Positions 27,993 to 37,600 of a DNA stretch of 59,505 nt are shown here, one piece after another. The position numbers were made by a program, and so were the translations under genes. The notes under the pieces were generated by a model. It was given only the letters and a program-made list of their open reading frames with translations. It did not search any database and was not told the DNA's origin. The first letter of the stretch is position 1; each line of letters opens with the position of its first letter. The DNA comes from a virus (taxonomy: Duplodnaviria > Caudoviricetes), in the IMG/VR virus record IMGVR_UViG_3300025141_000095, positions 1-59,505 of that record. The stretch is one strand, 5' to 3'.

Positions 27993-30569
27993 TCACCCCG
28001 TATACGTCCACGGAGCAGGGCCAGGACTGGTGCAGGTGCCTTTATAAATGTCAATAAAAATCCGTTTTGCTTCGCTTATGTCAACAGAGCCAATCCATTG
28101 TTGCATTATCGGCGCGGTGAGAATATCTTCCGCAGTAATGTTGTTGCTGGTCAATCTACTCGAATAGTTAGAAGGGGCCCCGGAATTCGTCCAGCCGATG
28201 GCGGGCGCGGGCCATCCGGCATCCTCCTGGCCGTGCACCCACGTCTCAAAGCTTCCATTTGAGCACATCGGCAGTGCGCCGTGCGTGAGTAGGGCGCTGC
28301 CGAAGGTCATGGCGCCCCCAATCGTCTGCGTCCCGGCACATTGCTGCGCCTCGGTGAGTGTAAGTTCTATACGATTGGCTACGGCGCCGCCGTCCACATT
28401 GTTAGTTACGCCATCGCCCAGGCCGAGGTCTAAAACAATTCGGTCCAGGTACATCGACGGCGTGACACCGGAGAGGCCGTACGCGGCCGCGGCTGCTTCG
28501 AGGCCGGGGATGCACATAAATCTGCGACGGGCGTTGGGATCTTTAAATATAAACCTCCCATTTTGCTGTACAGCAATACCCGTATCGGCGCCGGCGTCTG
28601 CCAAATACGTCGTCAACAAAGGCCCGTAAACACTGCCGGGAGCAGTGTCCGCATAAAAACCCAGCGCATTTCCTAGCGCATGGCCTGTGCCGGCAACGTC
28701 GTGCTCCGGTAGTGGCAACACCATCAAATTTGTATATTGATATTGGTTTCCAACAACTGCCCTTATTGGCATTATATCATATTGATATCGTACCCCATAA
28801 AGAACTTGTGAATCAATATAACGGAAGCCTCCATCAACATTGGGCATATAAAACGTTTGTACTAGGTTGCCCGTATCGGCGTTCCTTTTCTCAATCTTAT
28901 AAACTAACGTTTCAGAATGGGCTGGCGCTCCGTCCAAAAGTTGTTGAAAAGATCTGATCACAGCTGCCAATTGGTTATCGACATTGTTCTGGTTGCTGGG
29001 AGCCTGATTCAAATACGCTGCTATATTATTCAAATCAACGTTTTCGCCCGGATCCGTCGTAACGTCCGACGCGGTGCCGCCGGTTACTGCACCAAAATTT
29101 CTGGCGATTTCTGGAGCGACCAAATAAGTTCCCTTTGACGATTTCATCCCCGTACTAAGAGAGGGCGCGGTGCCCGTGGGGCCCCAGGTCCAAGATCCCT
29201 GTATTTGAAATACCGGCCGGAAATGCGTACCCACTCCCGGATCCCCCCAAATATGTGCATAATCACTCAATAGAGGACTGGCCGGACTCAATATATCGGT
29301 CAAAAGACACATCAAATCTATACTAACGGCCCCATTGTCCGCAGAAACGTACGTACCAGACACCAGAGATTGGTCGTGGTAAGGCATTCCTTGATCGCGC
29401 TCTATAATAAAACTCACAACAGCATCAAATAAGTTCGTCTGCTGTAAACCATATCGTATCCAAGGAAAAGCAGCCTGACTGTGTCCCGGATTGGGGATCG
29501 GTTCTGTGGGGGTTTCGGAGCCATCAGCTGGATTGCCGTTGAGATCAACATAAACCGTAGGAGATCTAAAATTTAGATCAATATAATATGGCAGCAATCT
29601 TAACCTATCCTCATCATTACTTAAATCGTCAATCCCGGCTTTGCTTTGAGGGCGAACCGCTATCACCTTATATCGCTCCATATCACTGTTGACAGCCGCG
29701 GCCTGATCGCCGGCGATAATATTCTGCAAGCCTTTTTCGTATTCCAAAAAGTAATCTGTTGGCTTGTCGGCCGGGATCCCTCCACCCGAGAAAGAGGGGG
29801 CGGAGCCGCCTTCATTAATCGGACCATGGGTCCAATCAACTCTCTGGGTGAGGTTTATTTGTTCTTTATAAAACATTGGCATCTGTATTGTATTAACTTC
29901 TGCGCGCGGACTAAAATAGGTCAACATATAATAGTTTGGAATTGCTGTTTCGTTTAAACCAGTATCGGGAAATGTCTCTTCAAGGGCAGCGTTATAGCCA
30001 TTATACACTGGCTTAATATTGACAGTAAAGGCCGGGGAGTTGATTGTGCTGACGAAGCCCGGATCCGGCGACGGAACTTCGGTTGTAAGATCGATAAAAC
30101 TTGTTGTGCTGGTAGTATCTACGATTCCAGGAACGGCGGCGTTAACGATATCACCTGATTCAAAATCGTCTTTAATAAGTTTTCCGAAATAGGGATCACC
30201 AGAAACATGTTTCTCAAGCAGGCTCTCGAACTCTTGTGGCGATGGCCAGTTCAGACCATCTCTATAAGACGCGCGATGAGCATCATACGCATCATTATCG
30301 AGGCGCACGTATATACTTTGGTCCGCGTCTGCAGCGGTCTCGACGAGCACCAACACAAGACCATTGCTGTCCTTCCAAGCCTGGCCAGTGCTTATTCCCG
30401 CAGACCCCGTAGCCCAAGTGCGACCTGTCGCGGCTCGAAGTGAATCTTCGGACTTCCAATCGGCCCGAATAAGCGGATGACCACCTTGAGGCGACTCAGA
30501 AGAATCATCATATTCTTCCTGTGTGGGGCCCATGGCGCGCGCATCAATATATTTATTTGTCTTAAACAT
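27993..30569 (-). CDS. Large putative structural protein (about 858 aa; likely start 30569)
   Basis: ATG lies just after the upstream stop; FN3-like YKIEKR...YIDSQVLYGVRYQY segment and a GC-rich 3' part. Confidence 0.6.
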   Translation of the reverse strand: MFKTNKYIDARAMGPTQEEYDDSSESPQGGHPLIRADWKSEDSLRAATGRTWATGSAGISTGQAWKDSNGLVLVLVETAADADQSIYVRLDNDAYDAHRASYRDGLNWPSPQEFESLLEKHVSGDPYFGKLIKDDFESGDIVNAAVPGIVDTTSTTSFIDLTTEVPSPDPGFVSTINSPAFTVNIKPVYNGYNAALEETFPDTGLNETAIPNYYMLTYFSPRAEVNTIQMPMFYKEQINLTQRVDWTHGPINEGGSAPSFSGGGIPADKPTDYFLEYEKGLQNIIAGDQAAAVNSDMERYKVIAVRPQSKAGIDDLSNDEDRLRLLPYYIDLNFRSPTVYVDLNGNPADGSETPTEPIPNPGHSQAAFPWIRYGLQQTNLFDAVVSFIIERDQGMPYHDQSLVSGTYVSADNGAVSIDLMCLLTDILSPASPLLSDYAHIWGDPGVGTHFRPVFQIQGSWTWGPTGTAPSLSTGMKSSKGTYLVAPEIARNFGAVTGGTASDVTTDPGENVDLNNIAAYLNQAPSNQNNVDNQLAAVIRSFQQLLDGAPAHSETLVYKIEKRNADTGNLVQTFYMPNVDGGFRYIDSQVLYGVRYQYDIMPIRAVVGNQYQYTNLMVLPLPEHDVAGTGHALGNALGFYADTAPGSVYGPLLTTYLADAGADTGIAVQQNGRFIFKDPNARRRFMCIPGLEAAAAAYGLSGVTPSMYLDRIVLDLGLGDGVTNNVDGGAVANRIELTLTEAQQCAGTQTIGGAMTFGSALLTHGALPMCSNGSFETWVHGQEDAGWPAPAIGWTNSGAPSNYSSRLTSNNITAEDILTAPIMQQWIGSVDISEAKRIFIDIYKGTCTSPGPAPWTYTG

Positions 30570-30570
30570 G

Positions 30571-33474
30571 TTAATACCCTGAACTTCCGCCGCCGCTGCG
30601 GTTTCCACCAGTATTAAAGCGACGCGTCATAGCGGTGGTGGTGAAGCCGCCCTGCGTATGGTCGTGCCCGGCGCCAAAGGGAGTCTGGCCCGGGTCGGTA
30701 CCGAAACCGGAGGTGCCAAATGCGGTTCGCGACTTCCAATATTCAACTGGCAAGTCTGTATATCCTTGATTATTCAGAGGATCGGCCGGTATAGTCATGG
30801 CGGCGGTACCGAAGCCGGAGGTGCCAAAGCCACCTTTCTGTGACGGTTCGTCCCCTATAATAAATACATCATTATAAGTTGGCATATGTTGAATATAAGT
30901 ATTTGTTTTACCGGTAATAGAGCCATTGGAGTTTAAGCGACACACCAAAAAGCCACCAGAAGACAGGTCACTTATATTATCTCCTGTTACTTTATTCCAA
31001 ATAGGATCTGCCACGTGGCCATTATTAAAGCCAGATAAATATTCTATTGTTTGGGTGGCGTTGGAGTTCAACTCAAAATCAAAACTATTCTTTCCCATAG
31101 CTTTCTTGATATTTTTCGCCGCTAAAGAATCTGATATCTGAGATACATTAATAGCCTGAGAGGTACCAAAGTCTGCCGACATGCGCTGAATAAATCTATC
31201 AACAAAGCCGGCTTTCGCCACTTCTTCTTCGGGGTCGTTAACGCCTTTTAACTTTGCTTTATCTTTCTCATCTTCGGGTTCTAAAATAAATCGAGAACCT
31301 TTTCCTAAAACCTCCTCTGCAGCAATTAATGATTGACATGATCGGTTAGAAGAAACAAACCCTTTGGTACCTTGCGGGAATGATTGAAAAGAAATCCCGC
31401 TCAATCCCAATAGGCTTCTTTTGTTATTAAGATGATCTGTACTAGTACTCGCATTCGTTCCTCCGCCGCGGCCGGTGGGATCAAAATAGGATAATAAAAC
31501 TTTTACTGCATCGGTACCGAACGACATACCAGATGTAACTCGAACATTACTATCGCCAGACAACACTATGACACGCGGAGATAAATAACCATTAACATTT
31601 GCTGTCGTTGGGCCTCGCGAACCGTAACGGCGGCGCTCATAATCTACTCTCTTCTTCCACGACCCCAAATCGTATCTAGGCAAAGTGCGGCTGCGGACTA
31701 TATCTGGCATATAATCTAGTCCAATGTTTATACTGTTTTTAGCTTCATAGGTGGACATAAACGTACGTTCAACTTTTATAAAGGCCGCCTCGGGGGAAAC
31801 ATTGCTTATTGTAGATCTATAGCTTACAGCTTCCGAGTTACCAACAACGCTAGTGGCATTCCGTATCGAGTCTAGCTTTCCTAATAATGCAGTAGCCAGT
31901 TTTTGCATCAATAGTAAAGTATCTAAAGTTGCCGATCGGGGATCTGTTAAGCTTAATAAGGCTTTTTGCCAATAGCTTACATTAAAAGACGGCGCTACTT
32001 CGCTTCCTCCCAGTGTAATCAGGGTAGACAAGTATGTATCTACTATCTTCTTCCAAGATTCTTTCTCGCGAGCATATAGTTCTTTTATACGCTTTTCATT
32101 AAGTGAATACGAGTTACAATTATAGCCCCCAGAACTAGTGGCGGCAAAAACAAATTTATCATAATCTCCCAAAACATTCTTGAAGTCTGTTATCAGGTCA
32201 GAAAACTTCTTTGGAGAGCTATCAAAAAATTCTATTTTTGCTTTATATTGATAGAATCCATCATTATAGGCGCCCACCTCTTCATCTTGCCCCACAAAGC
32301 TTTGTTTCGAAATATCCTTTGTTGCTGTAAAGATTTGAAGCGTATTGTCTACCAAACTACAAACTGGCTTTTCTTCTCTTTGGCCAAAAACTCCTGGGGC
32401 TTCCGGAATACCGGTTAGACTATTATTAAGCGCTGCCCGGCGGACACGTTTACGCGAAAGGCTCATGTTTCTGATGGTTAAAGCACTGCTTAAATCTGCG
32501 GCCGTATTATATAAAAAGGGAAATTTCAAAGAATTTTGAGCTAATTTCCCCACATCAACATTGAAAAATAGTCGAAGTGAGTTATCTCTTTGGTGCGAGA
32601 ACAATAAATCAGAAAAATAATTTCTACTTTTTATGCTCCTTAAGACCTCCAAGTTGCTCGTCGTCTTACCAATAATGGCTTCCAAGCGATCGCTTAGTTC
32701 ACTCAGATCATTCTTGGCTAGTTGCATCTCGACACGGCGATCTATAACTTTTTTATTGGCCAGTCTCTTGGGAACCAATCCCGGGTGGGCGCCGCGAAGG
32801 TGACTTGGGCCGGCCATGGGATTGTTCTTTGGACCTGTGTGCAGACTCCCAACCCAATATTGATCTTCAGAGCCGTAATTTGGCATCGAAGAACCTAGTT
32901 TATACGCTAATCGTACTGCAGTTGCCTTGTTTCCTATTAACAAATCTTCTATACAATAATCCCCCATCGTGAATTCGGAACCATCTGCATTGAGGCCAGT
33001 AATGCTTTCGTTTTGCGGATCTGTATAATACGGCACGATCAAGCAACCTAAATATTCATACGCCTCATCTGTTAAAGAAAAATCAACGCTATACCTATAG
33101 TTATTAACATATGAGCCGTCTTTAGTATTGATAATCTCCCTATTGTTATTTGTGTCATCACAAGCGCACGGGCACCAAGACTCAAAACTAATATACTGCT
33201 TCATCATTTTGTCATTGCCCTGTGGGCTTCGTATGTTATTTCGCATATATTTTGGATATTTTAACATTGTATTCAATAAATCTAAATCGGTTATTAAACA
33301 AACCGCCATTTGAAGTCGATTTCGAAGATGATCTGTCGAAGCCCCGTTCAGGACTTTTAACATAAAATTAATATCGACTGTAAACGTTCTATTTTTGGCC
33401 GGACTGAGCACTGCTGACCGTACAAAAACATTTGGTATCATAGAATTAAAAGAATGTTTGCTTATGTTGGGCAT
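30571..33474 (-). CDS. Large hypothetical structural protein (967 aa)
   Basis: Long ORF, TAATG-coupled in the baseplate block; Gly/Phe/Thr-rich C-terminal tail. Confidence 0.6.
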   Translation of the reverse strand: MPNISKHSFNSMIPNVFVRSAVLSPAKNRTFTVDINFMLKVLNGASTDHLRNRLQMAVCLITDLDLLNTMLKYPKYMRNNIRSPQGNDKMMKQYISFESWCPCACDDTNNNREIINTKDGSYVNNYRYSVDFSLTDEAYEYLGCLIVPYYTDPQNESITGLNADGSEFTMGDYCIEDLLIGNKATAVRLAYKLGSSMPNYGSEDQYWVGSLHTGPKNNPMAGPSHLRGAHPGLVPKRLANKKVIDRRVEMQLAKNDLSELSDRLEAIIGKTTSNLEVLRSIKSRNYFSDLLFSHQRDNSLRLFFNVDVGKLAQNSLKFPFLYNTAADLSSALTIRNMSLSRKRVRRAALNNSLTGIPEAPGVFGQREEKPVCSLVDNTLQIFTATKDISKQSFVGQDEEVGAYNDGFYQYKAKIEFFDSSPKKFSDLITDFKNVLGDYDKFVFAATSSGGYNCNSYSLNEKRIKELYAREKESWKKIVDTYLSTLITLGGSEVAPSFNVSYWQKALLSLTDPRSATLDTLLLMQKLATALLGKLDSIRNATSVVGNSEAVSYRSTISNVSPEAAFIKVERTFMSTYEAKNSINIGLDYMPDIVRSRTLPRYDLGSWKKRVDYERRRYGSRGPTTANVNGYLSPRVIVLSGDSNVRVTSGMSFGTDAVKVLLSYFDPTGRGGGTNASTSTDHLNNKRSLLGLSGISFQSFPQGTKGFVSSNRSCQSLIAAEEVLGKGSRFILEPEDEKDKAKLKGVNDPEEEVAKAGFVDRFIQRMSADFGTSQAINVSQISDSLAAKNIKKAMGKNSFDFELNSNATQTIEYLSGFNNGHVADPIWNKVTGDNISDLSSGGFLVCRLNSNGSITGKTNTYIQHMPTYNDVFIIGDEPSQKGGFGTSGFGTAAMTIPADPLNNQGYTDLPVEYWKSRTAFGTSGFGTDPGQTPFGAGHDHTQGGFTTTAMTRRFNTGGNRSGGGSSGY
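30696..30828. repeat. 25-bp direct repeat (30696-30720 and 30804-30828) encoding FGTSGFGT
   Basis: cggtaccgaa[a/g]ccggaggtgccaaa, one mismatch, 108 bp apart. Confidence 0.85.
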
Positions 33475-34607
33475 TAGTCGCAGGGATCCTCGTTTTCGGT
33501 TGTGTACAAATCGCGAGTAAGTCGTAATCTGGTAGACGCCTGGGAAACAGCACCATCCAAGACGCCAGCATAGGACAAAATTGAATCAGGTATCTCTTTA
33601 TCTGTTAATACATCCATATAATATTCCACATTCGGAACTTGACCATCATTCATGTTTTGAGGTGTTGCTATACTGCTGTCTTCCAAAAAGGCTAAAGAAG
33701 TCAGGGCCGGTGCGTCGGGAGGACCTGGCTGCAGTGGTGATATTATACGACCATTGGAATCAAATGTCGCGGACCCAGAATGGAATACTTCAATTTCAAA
33801 GTTCTCTTTCAAATAATCTGTATTTTCTTCCAAAATATCTATCAAGAAATACCCCGGGCGCATAGCCAAAAACACGCTACCATTAAGCTCCGGACTAATT
33901 GCTTCGACTGTATAGTTTCCTGATTTGGTAAACGTTTTATAATCAATTTCGATATTAAGTTGTGGGATCTCATGCACGGGGCCTGGTACGCGGGCGATGG
34001 CTTGTCCGTCCGTGCCGGCGGGAGTGCTTGGAGGGACATTATAAGAAGCATTTCTAACCGTAATAGAGTTAGCACTTGAAGAAATCTCGCCTATGGCTGC
34101 CTCTATCGACCACGAAGGAGCGTAACTCTTAGCCAAGCTGCTGTTTCCAAGAGGATCAATATTGGATAATGGTGTTCTGCGAAACGGCTGCTGATCAAAA
34201 GCCAGCGGATCTGCCAAAATGCCGCTCCATCCTGCATAGGTACTCTCGTCATTTGTATATGCCAAAACACCAGCCTCGGTGATTTCGCCGCGGGCGAGGG
34301 CCTCGGCGAGTTCGGCCTGCAGTCGCGCCCTGCGATAACTTTCAACATTACCAACAAACTGATTTACTCTCGTCTCGGCACTCGTAATTTGTGGAACGAT
34401 CTTAAGAGAAGGAGTCTCGTCTTTAATTCTTCCTTCTGTACTGTTTTGATGCTCTGTAAACCCGCCAGATTCTGGATCGTATAAAATATCATCATCAAAA
34501 AAAGCATAGTACTCAGGACGAAGTCTTCCCAAAGATAACAAATACTTCCCGTATTCTGTTAGCTGAAGGTCTATCACTTCTTCCTTTTTGTTAAAAAATT
34601 CTACCAT
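33474..34607 (-). CDS. Baseplate-associated hypothetical protein (377 aa)
   Basis: N-terminal IDLQLTEYGKYLLS...YAFFDDDILYD parallels the N-terminus of 25642..26628. Confidence 0.6.
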   Translation of the reverse strand: MVEFFNKKEEVIDLQLTEYGKYLLSLGRLRPEYYAFFDDDILYDPESGGFTEHQNSTEGRIKDETPSLKIVPQITSAETRVNQFVGNVESYRRARLQAELAEALARGEITEAGVLAYTNDESTYAGWSGILADPLAFDQQPFRRTPLSNIDPLGNSSLAKSYAPSWSIEAAIGEISSSANSITVRNASYNVPPSTPAGTDGQAIARVPGPVHEIPQLNIEIDYKTFTKSGNYTVEAISPELNGSVFLAMRPGYFLIDILEENTDYLKENFEIEVFHSGSATFDSNGRIISPLQPGPPDAPALTSLAFLEDSSIATPQNMNDGQVPNVEYYMDVLTDKEIPDSILSYAGVLDGAVSQASTRLRLTRDLYTTENEDPCD

Positions 34608-34610
34608 GGC

Positions 34611-37600
34611 TTAGCTCTCGTATCCCCCTTTCTTTCCTGGTTGCGAAAAAACCCTATCTACATCTATCACATTCTCTCTAGTGCCAAAATCAACCGCTGA
34701 AGCCCGGGGTCTCAGATTGGTGCCGAATGTAGGTATCGTCGTATCAAAGACCATTTTAGGATCTCCTGGCTGCGGGTCAATCACTGTGCCTTCCAGCACT
34801 GTTGGTTCTGGCGTCTCTTCTCCGATAATTCTTTGTGCCACAGCACCCCTAAATAGTTTCTCAGTAGAAGTTTCTTGAGGACCTTGCTGAGAAAACAACG
34901 TTTCAGCATCTATTGTGGAATATCGCGCTGTCGCATCTATTTTTATCAACTCCACCAAGGAAAAATAATCATATGGCCAGTTATAAGTCGGTGTCCTGGG
35001 TCTCTTAAGGTGCTTCTTAGCTAATATGGCCTGAGAATCTATACCTTCGCGACGTAGTAGATCATAATTCCTCTTAGCGCGGCGCTTAACTTTAAACACA
35101 AGCCATTTTAACTCATCAATGCAGCCATAGATCTGATTAATCAGTTTTTCATCTTCTATGCAGCAAGAACAAACCTGGCTGCTTTTTTTCTCGCATGCTC
35201 CCTCAACTTCTTTAAAATCAGAATCAAACATCACATTTTGATACAACTTAGTCAGGTCATCTCTATCTAAATCATAATCAAACTCAAAGGCAAAGAACAG
35301 AGGTAGCTCCGTTTCAAATTTTGGTGGGAAAACATATTTCTGCATATTTTGTGCCATCCTGGCTAGCGCGCCTGCATCACCTGATGCATCAAAAAACTTT
35401 CTGCGGTTCTTATCTACCGTAAATGGAACCGCTATAACCGCCTCTTCTAAGACTTGCTTGTGTGCTATAACACCTACAGGCACCGGTTTTCCTATAGTAT
35501 CATCTAAACCAACTAGTTCTGCCAAAGATTTGCAGTTATCTCCTCGATATTTTACACCATCGATCGTAACCGATTCTGGATTTGTAATACTTATAGTTAT
35601 TCCCTTGGACGTATCGGTCGGTACAGAGCCGCTTTGACACCACATACCTACTGTTGATATCAGGTCGCTTGCTCCCGGATCAGCAAACGAGTTTGCCGTA
35701 GGTGTGGCGAGGTTTAGGGAACGGCCGGGGCCCGGGGCAAAGTTTAGCACCGGGGTCTCGAACTTGCTTTGGAGCATATAATATACGCCATCATCTGTGG
35801 TTGCCTTATCAAAGAAATCAATACTTTGATCAATCTGTTGTGCAAACCAATATCCCGGCGATTCTGTGGTATACTGATCTTCGCCGGGGGTACCCTCTGT
35901 CTTGTTTTCCAAGTCTCTGGTATAGTCGAAAGATAAGCTGGTTTGGATATCATCAAAATTGTATTTACCGGTCCAGTCGGCCACAAAGCCCATAGTAACA
36001 CTGCAACCACCATTAAAATAGCCAGGAGTTACATGAGCAAAGCTGGCCGATACCGACGCTGAAGTCGCTGTGGGGTCTTGATTTAGAGCAACCGGATATC
36101 CGAAGCCGCTTCCCCTATTAAACATACTAAACGTTGCTAAATCTGGATCTCCGGTCCTCGGGTTCACAGGCCTTCTCATGTGTACTGTCATGGCATATGC
36201 TTTGTCTTCCTCAACAGGCTCCCACTCAGACTCTTCCTTAACGCCCCTTAAGGTCGTCAAGCCAAAAGGTCTTTCCTTTTCGCCTTTCTTCAAAAAGAAG
36301 TTAACAGTTTCACAAAGAAAATTGTCTATGGCCATGCCATACAATTCTTTCCCTGAGCCATCCCAAGAGCAGCGATGACTATGAGAGCCCGGGTGTTCAC
36401 TGTCGGTTGCCGACAAAGACGCCGAGCCTAGGCCGCTATCAAAGATATGCGACCCGCTGATATAGCCCTCCGACAGGCGACGAGATCCCACGGTTATTCC
36501 GGTGTTCAAATAATTTTGAGGATGCAAGATTGCCTCAAACGGTATACGTTGTAACCCATACTTATTGACAGGCCTGGGCGTTGAAGCACTTAAAATGCTC
36601 CCGGGGCCAAAATCGACTATAGCTGCGGTAGTACCGTCATATTCACCTTGCAGGGTGGTTAGAGAACTTGAAAGCGCTTGGCCGAAACCCATGTGAGAGC
36701 CCGTAATATCATCCCCTTCGGCGGTGGTCCAGTCGGGATTAACTACAACATAGTTGCCAACTGCAATACCGGATTTAATAGTATTATACAAAATACCCGG
36801 CGCGAACAGGGGTTCAAGAAGGGCGCGGTAAGCAGCTGGAGTACTGGAAGAAACATGCTCTCCATATGAACGAGAGAATAGCGTGGCAAGCTCTAGCGTT
36901 CTTTCAACAGGATAAAAACCCTTATAAAACAAAGGTTTGACCAAGGCAGAGCATTCCAATATTAGCTTCTTCTTGAGGGGCCGGCCGTTAGACACAACTT
37001 TTCCATTTAAGTCGCTATCTATAACCTTAAAATACTTCCAGAAATCTGCACCGTAAACCTTATAAAAATCGTCAGTATCGGCAACATCGCAAATTTTACT
37101 TCCTAAATCGTAACTATTATTTATGGCCGCGCCGGTTATATCGAACATGCCTGGAGAACTGCCATCAAGATCAGCTAGCCAGTTCGAACCATTATCTTCA
37201 ACTAGTGTCCCTATGTGCTCGCTAATTCTAAACTCTGGTACAATAGAATGATCCTTTCCAATCAAACGTATATATTGCATGTGCTCCTCATAAGAACGAT
37301 ATGGCTCTTGACCCGTTTGGGAAGCCACTTCGAATTTGGCGCCACCATAATATACTGACGATCCTTGCGCGGAAGCGCTTCCGATCGGAACTAGTGGGGC
37401 ATAATGAGCCGCAGGTTTAATAGTGCCGCTTAAGTAGCCACCAAACCTACAGTAGTTATTAAAAAGCTCTCCTGAAAGATCATTAGTGGCCAAACCATAG
37501 TTGGTACCGGCGTTAGAGGGGGTCGACCCGGTCGTGGCAGCGCGTCCAGAATCATTGGCAGGGCCGTCCAAGGGCCAGCAGCTGGCATTTAATATGGCAT

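Noticed and set aside
27930-27995. Stop-codon readthrough or alternative genetic code joining two ORFs
   Set aside because: TGA is followed two codons later by TAA and the downstream ORF is in another frame. TAA, TAG and TGA all end genes elsewhere, and long ORFs are intact in the standard code.
10041-34857. Intragenic ACTATTTA copies at 10041-10048 and 34850-34857
   Set aside because: They lie inside coding sequence and could occur by chance; not called as promoters without transcript data.
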